Shown: positions 9,701-18,778 of the stretch, piece by piece
Layout: every line of letters starts with the position of its first letter
Position numbering within the stretch: position 1 is the stretch's first letter
Sequence record: SRR20825019_904
Reading direction: 5' to 3' (one strand)
DNA length: 32,293 nucleotides
Translations under genes and position numbers: made by a program
The notes under the pieces: generated by a model
Told to the model about the DNA's origin: nothing
Database searches by the model: none
What the model saw: the letters and a program-made list of their open reading frames with translations, nothing else

Positions 9701-11203
9701 ATGAAAAAAATAATTTATTTATTTACATTAATCTTAGCCGTTGGAACATTCCAATCGTGTGAAGATTACTTGGACATCAATGATCCATTAAACGATCCTA
9801 TTGAATCTCAGGTAACACCAGACTTAATATTAGCTGGCGCTATGACAGGTTCATTCCCATCTCAATCTAATAACATGAACCGTTTAGGTAATGTTATGAT
9901 GAACAACTGGGCTGGTAACATTAACGCCTTTACAGGTGGTTTTAATGAAGAGTACCAATTAATTATTACAAGTACTTTCTATAACTTTATCTGGGATGGT
10001 ATCTACTTAAACGTTGCTAATTTCCAAGCAATGATTGATGCAGATTTCGAAAACTACGAAAATCACAAAGCTATTGCTAAGATTATGAAATCTTACTACA
10101 TGCAATATATAGTTGACCTTTATGGAGATGCTCCTTATACTGAAGCTTTCCAAGGTGGTGATAACCCAACTCCTACTTATGATGATGACATGGAAATTTA
10201 CCGTGCATTAATTACAGAAGTTGATGAAGCATTAGCATTAATAGACAATAATACTGACCTTACAAACCCTGTAGGTTCTGAAGATGTTGTTTACAATGGT
10301 AATATGACAAACTGGGTAACTTTTGCAAATACTCTTAAGTTACGTATCTTAATGAGACAATCTACATTAGCTGAAACTGATGGAGAAACTGCTTCTTATT
10401 TAGCAACACAGTTCCAAGCATTACAAGATGCTTCTTTCATCACAACTACAGCTGCAATTAATCCAGGTTATGCTAACGATACAGGAAGACAAAATCCTTT
10501 CTATGCTACTTACGGATTTAACGTAGATGGTTCTCAAACAACTTCTAACCGTTTTATCGTTGCTTCTCTTTATGCTGAGCAATATTTAGATGGTACATTA
10601 ACTGGTATTCTTGATCCAAGAATTAACGAGTTATATACTCCGGTTGATGGTGAAGTACAAGGTGTACAACAAGGTGTTGATAGTAATGATCCTAGTGTTC
10701 CAGACGAAATTTCTCCACTTGGTGAAGGTCTTTTAGTTGATGCTAGTCAAGATGGTGTATTATTTTCTGCAGCAGAAAGCTTTTTCTTACAGTCTGAAGC
10801 TGTATTTAGAGGATATATCGCAGGAGATGCTAAAGGTCTATTCCAAGACGGTATCAGAAGTTCTTTTGACCAATTAGGAATAGGAGCTCAAGCAGAAGCA
10901 TACATTACTAACAGTGATGGAGTTGATGAAATTGGTTGGGATGGTAGTGCTAACAAAATTGAAGCTATCATGACTCAAAAGTGGATTGCTACTAACGGAA
11001 TTAATGCTATTGAATCTTTCATAGATATGAATAGAACTAACTTCCCAGAAGTACCTTTAGCAATCAACGCGCAACGTGATAAAAAACCAACGCGTTTATT
11101 ATACCCATCATCTGAATCTATCGCAAATGCTGCTAATAAGCCAGCACAGGAAACTGATGATGCTTTTAATACGTATATATTTTGGGATTCAACACAGAAT
11201 TAA
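9701..11203 (+). CDS. SusD-like (starch-binding-associated type) lipoprotein (SusD2)
   Basis: Lipobox TFQS-C followed by EDYLDIND; VDLYGDAPYTEA; WVTFANTLKLR; IMTQKWIA; RLLYP; ends IFWD. Confidence 0.9.
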   Translation: MKKIIYLFTLILAVGTFQSCEDYLDINDPLNDPIESQVTPDLILAGAMTGSFPSQSNNMNRLGNVMMNNWAGNINAFTGGFNEEYQLIITSTFYNFIWDGIYLNVANFQAMIDADFENYENHKAIAKIMKSYYMQYIVDLYGDAPYTEAFQGGDNPTPTYDDDMEIYRALITEVDEALALIDNNTDLTNPVGSEDVVYNGNMTNWVTFANTLKLRILMRQSTLAETDGETASYLATQFQALQDASFITTTAAINPGYANDTGRQNPFYATYGFNVDGSQTTSNRFIVASLYAEQYLDGTLTGILDPRINELYTPVDGEVQGVQQGVDSNDPSVPDEISPLGEGLLVDASQDGVLFSAAESFFLQSEAVFRGYIAGDAKGLFQDGIRSSFDQLGIGAQAEAYITNSDGVDEIGWDGSANKIEAIMTQKWIATNGINAIESFIDMNRTNFPEVPLAINAQRDKKPTRLLYPSSESIANAANKPAQETDDAFNTYIFWDSTQN

Positions 11204-11219
11204 TTAAAAAAAAAGCAAT

Positions 11220-12089
11220 ATGAAAAATTTAAAATTTTTAGCCCTTACAGTGTTCTGCTCAACGATGTTTACATCTTGTTTAGTAGATGATACTGATGAG
11301 ACTTTAGAAGCAGTAGCTAACACTCCATACACAATTGGATTTAGCCAACAAGTAGCAAACGAAAGTTATTTTGAGGATATAGGACCTATTGAAGCTGGTT
11401 ACAACGTAGTTGTAATCGGTGGTCAAGATGGCAGTGATCCTTCACAGGACATTACAGTATCTTACACTGTAAACACTGAATTATCTTCTGCAACAGAAGG
11501 TGTCGAGTTTGACTTTGTAGATAACAGCGGTTCTTTAACAATTCCAGCTGGTAGTGATTTTGGAAGATTTAATTTATTAATTAACACTGGTGGTCTTAAT
11601 GAGACAATGCCAACAAGATTAGTTTTAGATCTTACTGCTGCAGATTCTACTGGAGCTCCTGCTGTAGTTGCAGCTAGTAATAGCAGAATTGCAATTACGT
11701 TTGTTGGTTGTAACTCTCAATTAGCTCAGGAGGATAATAACTTCACAGACTATTTTGTACAGTTAACTAGAGAAGATGGTGGTAGCTACAATGGTAACGA
11801 AGTAATTGAGTGGATTGCTCCAAACCAATTCTTAACTGAAAGTACTGGATTTTGGGGTGTAAACACTATTGCTCCAGATACATCAATGAACTTTGAAGTT
11901 ATTTGTGGTGAAGTATTTGTACCTAACCAAGGTCTTGCTCAAGGATTTTACAGTAACGAAGTTTACGGTGTTAACTTAGATGGTCCTGATGGATTAGTTG
12001 ACTTAGAAACATTAAACTTTGACATGTCTTACATCATTACTTTTGGATCAGGTCCATTAAGACACGATGTAACTTATACAAGACTATAA
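11220..12089 (+). CDS. Acidic surface lipoprotein of the SusCD operon (Ig-like, SusE-positioned)
   Basis: Lipobox MFTS-C followed by LVDDTDE; beta-rich sequence (SATEGVEFDF..SLTIPAGS); 16 nt after susD2. Confidence 0.75.
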   Translation: MKNLKFLALTVFCSTMFTSCLVDDTDETLEAVANTPYTIGFSQQVANESYFEDIGPIEAGYNVVVIGGQDGSDPSQDITVSYTVNTELSSATEGVEFDFVDNSGSLTIPAGSDFGRFNLLINTGGLNETMPTRLVLDLTAADSTGAPAVVAASNSRIAITFVGCNSQLAQEDNNFTDYFVQLTREDGGSYNGNEVIEWIAPNQFLTESTGFWGVNTIAPDTSMNFEVICGEVFVPNQGLAQGFYSNEVYGVNLDGPDGLVDLETLNFDMSYIITFGSGPLRHDVTYTRL

Positions 12090-12107
12090 CAAAACATAAC
12101 ATAAAAC

Positions 12108-13052
12108 ATGAAAAATACATTTAAGAATATATTATTACTTTCAGCTTTATCTATTTTTGCTGTAGGTTGTATGGATGACGATCAAAGTTATCCAGATCCA
12201 AACAAACCAGAAGTTAATGTAGTAAACCAGAGCATCACAATTGATGAAGCTGGAGATGCTGCAATCATTAACCTTACTGTTAGTCGTGCAATTGGAGATC
12301 CAATTGATTTAGTACTAACTCCAGTAAGTGGTGATGCTGTTGTTGCAGATTATAACGTATCAGGAAACGGAACGTTCAACTCACCAGATGATGGTGTTGG
12401 AGCAACTCCATCTTTTGATATTGTAATTCCTGCTGGACAAACTTCTCACGAGATTCCAGTAAGTGCTATTATCGATTTAGATACTAATGCTAGCGAATCT
12501 GTTGTTTTTGAATTAAGAAGTACAGGAAGTGGTCAAAGTTTTGTAAACCCATCTACTTCTACTATTACTGTTAACATCAACAACGCAGCTAACACTAGTT
12601 TTGGTGCATTACTTGAATGGGAAGGTGATGTTACTTACAGTTTCTTAAACGCAGATAATGAAGAAGAATCTTTAACTGAAGGATTATGTGATCACGTAGA
12701 TTTCGATTTATTCCTTAATCCAGTTGGTTATGTTGCAGGTTCTGCAGCTTGTCCAGAAGTTAACTATGCTTTTGGTGAATTAGCTGATGGTGATTACCAA
12801 GTATTTGTAGATCTATATGATGTAGCGCCAGGTGAAACTCCTCTTGCTCCATTTGCTATTCCTTTCAAATTAACTTTAGGAAAAGTAGGTGTAATCTCTA
12901 CAACTTTAGAGTACAATGTATATACTTCAGATAGCCCAACTAGTGCTCCTGCTGGATTAAACGATGGTTTATTCTTAGCTGCTACAATAAATGTAGCTGG
13001 CGGAAATTATACTATTGCTGATGCAGAAGGTACTGTAGTTGCTGCTGAGTAA
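12108..13052 (+). CDS. Acidic surface lipoprotein with Calx-beta/Ig-like N-domain
   Basis: Lipobox FAVG-C followed by MDDDQ; ITIDEAG..SGDAVVADY..IPAGQTSHEIPV..IIDLD..E..F resembles Calx-beta; last gene before the terminator. Confidence 0.7.
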   Translation: MKNTFKNILLLSALSIFAVGCMDDDQSYPDPNKPEVNVVNQSITIDEAGDAAIINLTVSRAIGDPIDLVLTPVSGDAVVADYNVSGNGTFNSPDDGVGATPSFDIVIPAGQTSHEIPVSAIIDLDTNASESVVFELRSTGSGQSFVNPSTSTITVNINNAANTSFGALLEWEGDVTYSFLNADNEEESLTEGLCDHVDFDLFLNPVGYVAGSAACPEVNYAFGELADGDYQVFVDLYDVAPGETPLAPFAIPFKLTLGKVGVISTTLEYNVYTSDSPTSAPAGLNDGLFLAATINVAGGNYTIADAEGTVVAAE

Positions 13053-13074
13053 TTACACTCATTTTTATAATACT

Positions 13075-13105
13075 AAAACACCTCTTTTTAAGAGGTGTTT
13101 TTTTT
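13075..13105 (+). terminator. Rho-independent terminator ending the susC2 operon
   Basis: AAAACACCTCTT (13075-13086) / AAGAGGTGTTTT (13090-13101) with a T-run to 13105. Confidence 0.85.
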
Positions 13106-13118
13106 ATCTTTATACCCT

Positions 13119-13856
13119 ATGACAGAAGACACTAAAATATACGGATTAAGAGCAATTATTGAAGCTATTGAAGCCGGTAAGGATATTGAAAAGGTATACC
13201 TTCAAAAAGAATTAGAAGGAGATCTTTTTAAGGAGTTAGAATCACTAATAAAATCTAAGAGAATAAGCAGTTCTTATGTTCCTGAAATTAAAATTGAAAA
13301 GTTAAGTAAAGGAAGGAACCATCAAGGTGCTGTAGCTAAAGTGGCACCTATATCATTTCAGGATTTTGAAATAACTATAAACAGAATAATAAAGGATATT
13401 GAGTCTCCAATCTTTTTAATGTTAGATCAAATATCAGATACTCGTAATTTTGGTGCAATTGTAAGAACCGCAGAATGCACTGGTGTTTCTGCTATTATAA
13501 TTCCTAAAACAGGCTCTGCTCCTATCACTGCAGATGCAGTAAAAACATCGGCAGGAGCTATTTTTAATATTCCTATATGTAAAGTAGATCATATTAAAGA
13601 TGCAATCTATTATTTACAAAGTTGTGATGTGAAGATTGTAGCTGCTACTGAAAAGACAGACAATACAATTTACGATGTACCTTTAACAGGTTCTCATGCT
13701 TTAATAATGGGTAGTGAAGGTCTTGGTATAAATCCTTCAGTTTTAAAGATAGTAGATTACAAAGCTAAACTACCACTATTGGGTAAAATTGAATCTCTAA
13801 ATGTATCTGTTGCTACTGGTGCATTTCTTTATGAAGCTATAAGACAAAGACAGTAA
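13119..13856 (+). CDS. rlmB: 23S rRNA (guanosine-2251-2'-O)-methyltransferase, TrmH/SpoU family
   Basis: IYGLRAIIEA, NHQG, LDQISDTRNFGAIVRTA, MGSEG, ESLNVSVA. Start set at ATG 13119 (MTEDTK); the GTG at 13095 lies inside the terminator. Confidence 0.9.
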   Translation: MTEDTKIYGLRAIIEAIEAGKDIEKVYLQKELEGDLFKELESLIKSKRISSSYVPEIKIEKLSKGRNHQGAVAKVAPISFQDFEITINRIIKDIESPIFLMLDQISDTRNFGAIVRTAECTGVSAIIIPKTGSAPITADAVKTSAGAIFNIPICKVDHIKDAIYYLQSCDVKIVAATEKTDNTIYDVPLTGSHALIMGSEGLGINPSVLKIVDYKAKLPLLGKIESLNVSVATGAFLYEAIRQRQ

Positions 13857-14588
13857 TTAACTGTCTTTTTTGTTTTCTATATAATGGTACTCAATATCTA
13901 AGTCTTCATCTTCTGTTTCTGTTTTTTCAACAAAATTCCCAGACTCATCAAAATGTGACATAAACTCATCTTCTTCTTCATTGTAATCTGGCTTTTCCCA
14001 AATAAACTTTTCCTTTTTTAAAGACACTCCTTTAAAGATTAAAGCTCCAAAAATTCCAGTTAATAATCCAGATAAGTGACCTTCCCAAGAAACATTTTCT
14101 GCTACTGCATTAGGTAAAGTACCCCATATTAAACTTCCGTAAATAAAGATTACAACTAGAGACAGAGCAATCAATCTGTAATGTTTAGACCAAATACCCT
14201 TAAAAAACAAGAAACTACTCAGAAAGTAAATAACACCACTAGCACCAATGTGATTTGATGGTCTTGCTATTAACCAAGTTATAAGTCCCGTAATTAGTAA
14301 TCCAAAGATCATAATTTTTATAGCCTTGGACCTATAAAAATAAAATAATGCTGTACCTAATATTAAAATGGGTAACGTATTATGCCATAAGTGACTTAGA
14401 TCACTATGTATAAATGGTGAGAATATTATACCTCTTAATCCCTTTAATGTTTGTGGCTGAACTCCAAAATTATTGAAATTATAATTAAATCTAATTTCAA
14501 ACCAAAACACCACCCACATTAGTAGCACAAAACTTAATGGAACAAGAATTGTATATAGTGAAAAATTAAGTTGGCTATTTCTATGCAT
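13857..14588 (-). CDS. Rhomboid-family intramembrane serine protease
   Basis: Multiple TM segments; PFIHSDLSHLWHN; HIGASG (catalytic Ser); SWEGHLSG (catalytic His). Confidence 0.9.
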   Translation of the reverse strand: MHRNSQLNFSLYTILVPLSFVLLMWVVFWFEIRFNYNFNNFGVQPQTLKGLRGIIFSPFIHSDLSHLWHNTLPILILGTALFYFYRSKAIKIMIFGLLITGLITWLIARPSNHIGASGVIYFLSSFLFFKGIWSKHYRLIALSLVVIFIYGSLIWGTLPNAVAENVSWEGHLSGLLTGIFGALIFKGVSLKKEKFIWEKPDYNEEEDEFMSHFDESGNFVEKTETEDEDLDIEYHYIENKKDS

Positions 14589-14601
14589 AAGGTTACACTA
14601 G

Positions 14602-14656
14602 CAAAAGTATTACCAATTTAAACATTCTGTAATAATGTCACGAATACTTACTTTTG
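14602..14656. promoter_or_regulatory. Divergent -7 promoter elements for the rhomboid gene and rarA
   Basis: TACTTTTG on the minus strand at 14609-14602 and TACTTTTG on the plus strand at 14649-14656; both match TAnnTTTG exactly. Confidence 0.7.
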
Positions 14657-14661
14657 CGTTT

Positions 14662-15939
14662 ATGAATACACCTTTAGCAGAACGGTTAAGACCAAAATCT
14701 TTAGATTCTTATATTAGCCAAAAGCATTTAGTAGGACAAGACGGTTCTTTATCTAAACAAATTAAAGCAGGCGTTTTACCCTCATTAATTTTTTGGGGTC
14801 CACCAGGCGTCGGAAAGACAACATTAGCTAATATTATAGCTAATGAAAGTGATCGCCCATTTTATAGCTTAAGTGCAATAAACAGTGGTGTAAAAGATGT
14901 TAGGGAAGTTATTGAAAAAGCTAAAAAGAGTGATGGCTTGTTTAGTAGTAAGAACCCTTTATTATTTATAGATGAGATTCATAGATTTAGTAAATCTCAA
15001 CAAGATTCCCTTTTAGGCGCTGTAGAAAAGGGTTGGGTAACATTAATAGGAGCAACTACAGAAAACCCTAGTTTCGAGGTTATACCTGCACTATTATCTA
15101 GATGTCAGGTTTATGTCTTAAAGCCTTTTAGTAAAGATGATCTTCTACAATTAATTAATAAAGCTATAATTGAAGATCCCTATATTTCTAAAAAGAACAT
15201 AGAACTAAAAGAAACAGAAGCATTATTAAGACTTAGTGGTGGCGATGCTAGAAAGCTGCTTAATATATTTGAACTTCTAGTTAATACCTCAGCATCAGAA
15301 AAGGTTGTAATCACAAATGATTTTGTTTTAAAAAATGTGCAGCAAAATACTGTTCTGTATGATAAAACAGGAGAACAACATTACGACATAATTTCAGCCT
15401 TTATTAAATCTATTAGAGGAAGTGATCCTAATGCGGCTGTATATTGGCTTGCGAGAATGGTTGAAGGCGGCGAAGATGTAAAGTTTATTGCAAGACGCCT
15501 TATAATTTTAGCATCTGAAGATATAGGTAATGCAAACCCTACAGCATTGGTAATTGCTAATAATACATTTCAAGCTGTTACTACTATCGGTTATCCTGAA
15601 GCCCGCATAATACTAAGCCAATGTGTTATTTATTTAGCAACTTCTGCTAAAAGTAATGCGAGTTATATGGCTATTAAGAAAGCGCAAAGTTTAATAAAGC
15701 AAACTGGAAACTTACCGGTGCCATTAGAGCTTAGGAATGCGCCCACACAACTTATGAAAGAGCTTGGCTATTCTAAGTCCTATAAATATGCACATGACTA
15801 TGAAGGTAATTTTGTTCAAGCTAATTTTTTACCTGAGGAATTAAAAGGCACAGTACTATTTAAGCCTGGCAATAATGTAAGAGAGTCTGGGATTAAAGAG
15901 TTCTTAAAACAACGCTGGTCTTCACATTATAGCTATTGA
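14662..15939 (+). CDS. rarA: Replication-associated recombination protein A (MgsA/RarA AAA+ ATPase)
   Basis: PLAERLRP, Walker [47 protein letters not shown]. Start set at ATG 14662 (MNTPLAE) because a -7 element lies between 14635 and 14662. Confidence 0.93.
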   Translation: MNTPLAERLRPKSLDSYISQKHLVGQDGSLSKQIKAGVLPSLIFWGPPGVGKTTLANIIANESDRPFYSLSAINSGVKDVREVIEKAKKSDGLFSSKNPLLFIDEIHRFSKSQQDSLLGAVEKGWVTLIGATTENPSFEVIPALLSRCQVYVLKPFSKDDLLQLINKAIIEDPYISKKNIELKETEALLRLSGGDARKLLNIFELLVNTSASEKVVITNDFVLKNVQQNTVLYDKTGEQHYDIISAFIKSIRGSDPNAAVYWLARMVEGGEDVKFIARRLIILASEDIGNANPTALVIANNTFQAVTTIGYPEARIILSQCVIYLATSAKSNASYMAIKKAQSLIKQTGNLPVPLELRNAPTQLMKELGYSKSYKYAHDYEGNFVQANFLPEELKGTVLFKPGNNVRESGIKEFLKQRWSSHYSY

Positions 15940-16766
15940 AGCTCATAACTAAGAGATACCAAAACATTGTCTGAATCTAAATATTCAATATTTAGGTTAC
16001 CATTTATTGAAAAATATGCGATACCCTTAGTATTCTTATCTTTTAAATAATGAAACACATTGTCCTGGCCACTAATTAATAAACTAGCAATTATTTTGTT
16101 GTTTAAATTTGAAGCTCTTAATTCAAAACCACCATCTGTCTTTATTAAGCTTACTATAGAATCTCCTCGTTTATATTTGGTAACTCCAAGAGGCTTTACA
16201 ACTTCAATTTTTTCTTCTGCAATCGTACTTTCTGCTTTATTCGCTTTAGGTTCATTTACATCTATATCTTGCTTAGCTGCAATCTCCTTATCTGTAAACT
16301 TTGGTGTGGAATCTTTGTTAGAGTTTGAAGTTTTTTCTTCGTTATAAGAATAATTTAAGGTTTCTAAGCTTTTAAAAGCTTCTCTTGTAGAGATTATATA
16401 AGCTTGTCCCTTACGCTTATCCTTACTTGTTCCTTCGTCTGTAATATATACAAGGTCTCCATTACAATCCAGCAGCTCTATACTAACTTTTGTTACAAAT
16501 AATCCAGAATTACCTATAGCGTTAGCATACAATGCCAAACATCTATCTTCAGCAAGATCTGTAGGATAATTATCACCTTCCATGATAGTATTAAAACCGT
16601 GTTTCTCAAATAAAAATTTTGAAAGTGAATTTAGTTGGTATTGGTCCTGCTCTTGTGAGAATTCGTAAGATTTAGGAACCACTACATACTTATAATCATT
16701 TATAGAAGTTTGTGCAATTAATGTCATGCTAAGAAACACGAACATAAAGCTTAAGATATATTTCAT
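15933..16766 (-). CDS. Secreted hypothetical protein
   Basis: Signal peptide ending LIA-Q. ATG at 16766 overlaps the upstream TGA (TGATG). Charged low-complexity linker between two domains. Confidence 0.75.
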   Translation of the reverse strand: MKYILSFMFVFLSMTLIAQTSINDYKYVVVPKSYEFSQEQDQYQLNSLSKFLFEKHGFNTIMEGDNYPTDLAEDRCLALYANAIGNSGLFVTKVSIELLDCNGDLVYITDEGTSKDKRKGQAYIISTREAFKSLETLNYSYNEEKTSNSNKDSTPKFTDKEIAAKQDIDVNEPKANKAESTIAEEKIEVVKPLGVTKYKRGDSIVSLIKTDGGFELRASNLNNKIIASLLISGQDNVFHYLKDKNTKGIAYFSINGNLNIEYLDSDNVLVSLSYELQ

Positions 16767-18184
16767 CACTCTTTAGTTATAATAAATTGAAAACCTAATT
16801 GTAAAGATAAGGCGTTTGCTTTGGCAAGATTTCTATAACTCAATAAATTATCTGCAGCTATGTAAAAATTAAATGTCTTACCGGTTACCGCAATTAAAGC
16901 TCCTATATTAGTGTATGAAAAGGCGTCTATAGTATAGGTAAGCTTACCTCTTAAACCATTTGTAATACGTTTGTCATAATACAGAGTAACAGCTCCAGAA
17001 AAAGCTCTTGGCCGTTTTACAGCATATAACTGAAGACCGACATTGTTATCATAAAGCTCATCTCCTGTAGCATAACAGTTACAAGCTCTATAAGTATTGC
17101 TAAAGCCATAGTTAAGTCCTGCATTTAATTTTACTGGCCTTAATGTTGTATAATTAGTTGTTAATGTATCAATTGGTACTGCAGCTTCAATAGCATCACT
17201 AAGTTGTTGATAATATGGAGGTGCAGGATCATTGTTATTTTCAGGAAACTCTAGCTCTATACCATCAAGTTCATAACTTCCTGAAGCTCTATAAGTCTCT
17301 ACATTTTTTGTGTGAGAAATAAAACCCAAATCAAGCACACTTGCAGATAAAGACCACGCATCGTTAAGAGTATAGGTTAAGCCTAAGTCTACGCCAAGTC
17401 CTAGATTTCCTCCAAAAAAATAACGTCCAGCTAATACACCAAAAACATCTTTTGGCGTACTTCCTTCTGGTAAATCATCTAATTCTGAATACCCAGATGT
17501 TTGTATTTTAACATTTGCATTTAGTAATGAGTGCTTGTAAAAATTAGGATCGTTTGGGGTTTCTTCTGTAATAAATGTTCCTTTATTATCTGTGCTTCTA
17601 AAATCTACAAGACTTGAATAAATCTTAAAACGACCTCCCAATCTCAAGTCTTTAGAAACTTTTTTATTGACCCCAAAATGCCAAACAGCTACTGCTTCAC
17701 CTTGTGCTTTAATTTCGTTAAATGAAAAGGGTTTGCCAATATTACTTCCTGCATTACCTTGGTAACCCAATAATGCAAAGTTTTTAGGCAAGTAAGAAAT
17801 AGCATCTACCTCTTGATATAGACCACCAGAAAAATAATAGTTTTTATTGTTTTGCCAGCCAAAGGATAGTATTTCAAATTGCTGATTAACCTCAACAAAA
17901 TCGTTTGTTGAAATTCTATTTAATACGTTTAAAATTCTTTGGTTTATTGAAACTACTTGAGAGTCTTCAAAAATATCGAAAGCATTAATGCCTGTTGAAC
18001 CAAAATTTACATGAATTTGAGAGAAAAAGGGTATCCCTATATGCTTATTAAATGTAATATTACTTCCTGGATTAAGCATTAAGGTTTGCGGTAAACCATC
18101 TACGCCATATAGTAATTGCTTATTCTGAGCAGTTAAAAAACTACTTAATACACATAAACAAAGTAGGATTACACATTTTTTCAT
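16766..18184 (-). CDS. DUF5723-like outer membrane beta-barrel protein
   Basis: Signal peptide ending LTA-Q; PQTLMLNPG; GNLGLGVDLGLTY..SASVLDLGFI; amphipathic strands ending LQLGFQFII. Confidence 0.7.
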   Translation of the reverse strand: MKKCVILLCLCVLSSFLTAQNKQLLYGVDGLPQTLMLNPGSNITFNKHIGIPFFSQIHVNFGSTGINAFDIFEDSQVVSINQRILNVLNRISTNDFVEVNQQFEILSFGWQNNKNYYFSGGLYQEVDAISYLPKNFALLGYQGNAGSNIGKPFSFNEIKAQGEAVAVWHFGVNKKVSKDLRLGGRFKIYSSLVDFRSTDNKGTFITEETPNDPNFYKHSLLNANVKIQTSGYSELDDLPEGSTPKDVFGVLAGRYFFGGNLGLGVDLGLTYTLNDAWSLSASVLDLGFISHTKNVETYRASGSYELDGIELEFPENNNDPAPPYYQQLSDAIEAAVPIDTLTTNYTTLRPVKLNAGLNYGFSNTYRACNCYATGDELYDNNVGLQLYAVKRPRAFSGAVTLYYDKRITNGLRGKLTYTIDAFSYTNIGALIAVTGKTFNFYIAADNLLSYRNLAKANALSLQLGFQFIITKE

Positions 18185-18741
18185 CCGCCAGTACTTTCTC
18201 CTCCAACTTCTAAAGTAAAATCTGCTTTAGATCTTAAGCTTAAATCACCTTGAATTGGCATACCATTATCTATCAACTCAATTTCAACCTGTAATTTAAT
18301 AGATTGCCTTATGCTATCTAACATATTTACTGGCACTTGCTCTATATGTATAGTTTGCTCTACAGTGCCATCTGGGCTTCCGTTTATCACAAAATTAATT
18401 GGATATTTTTCTTCATCTGCTTCAGACAAAAACGTAAGTGTGGTATTAAAGTCTTGGGAAAAGGTGTTGTTGTATTCAATATAAAGCTCTAACGCCACTA
18501 AATTTTCTTGAATGAAGCCATCATCTAGAAAATCTAATCTAGTTACATCTGTTACGTAACCATTATTTACTGGGTTTGTAAAATCTAAATCATCTACCTC
18601 AAAAAAGACTAGAGAGATTGTATTGTTTTGGTAAAATGTAAATGCTTCTCCTTGTTCAAAATCTACATCATCTACACAAGATGAGAGGTTAAAACAAAGA
18701 CATAACATTACCAAAACTATGATGTAACGGGACCTTAGCAT
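18181..18741 (-). CDS. Acidic lipoprotein, hypothetical
   Basis: Lipobox NLSS-C followed by VDDVDFE; ATGA overlap with the downstream barrel gene. Confidence 0.75.
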   Translation of the reverse strand: MLRSRYIIVLVMLCLCFNLSSCVDDVDFEQGEAFTFYQNNTISLVFFEVDDLDFTNPVNNGYVTDVTRLDFLDDGFIQENLVALELYIEYNNTFSQDFNTTLTFLSEADEEKYPINFVINGSPDGTVEQTIHIEQVPVNMLDSIRQSIKLQVEIELIDNGMPIQGDLSLRSKADFTLEVGGESTGG

Positions 18742-18778
18742 AGTTTAACAAGATATATGTTTAATAAAACTTACCTAA

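Noticed and set aside
2010-13052. Classical polysaccharide utilisation locus
   Set aside because: No CAZyme, sulfatase or sensor-regulator is adjacent, and the substrate cannot be assigned from sequence.
13095-13118. ORF-track N-terminal extension of rlmB (MFFLSLYP)
   Set aside because: The GTG lies in the terminator stem and T-run; the family N-terminus fits ATG 13119.
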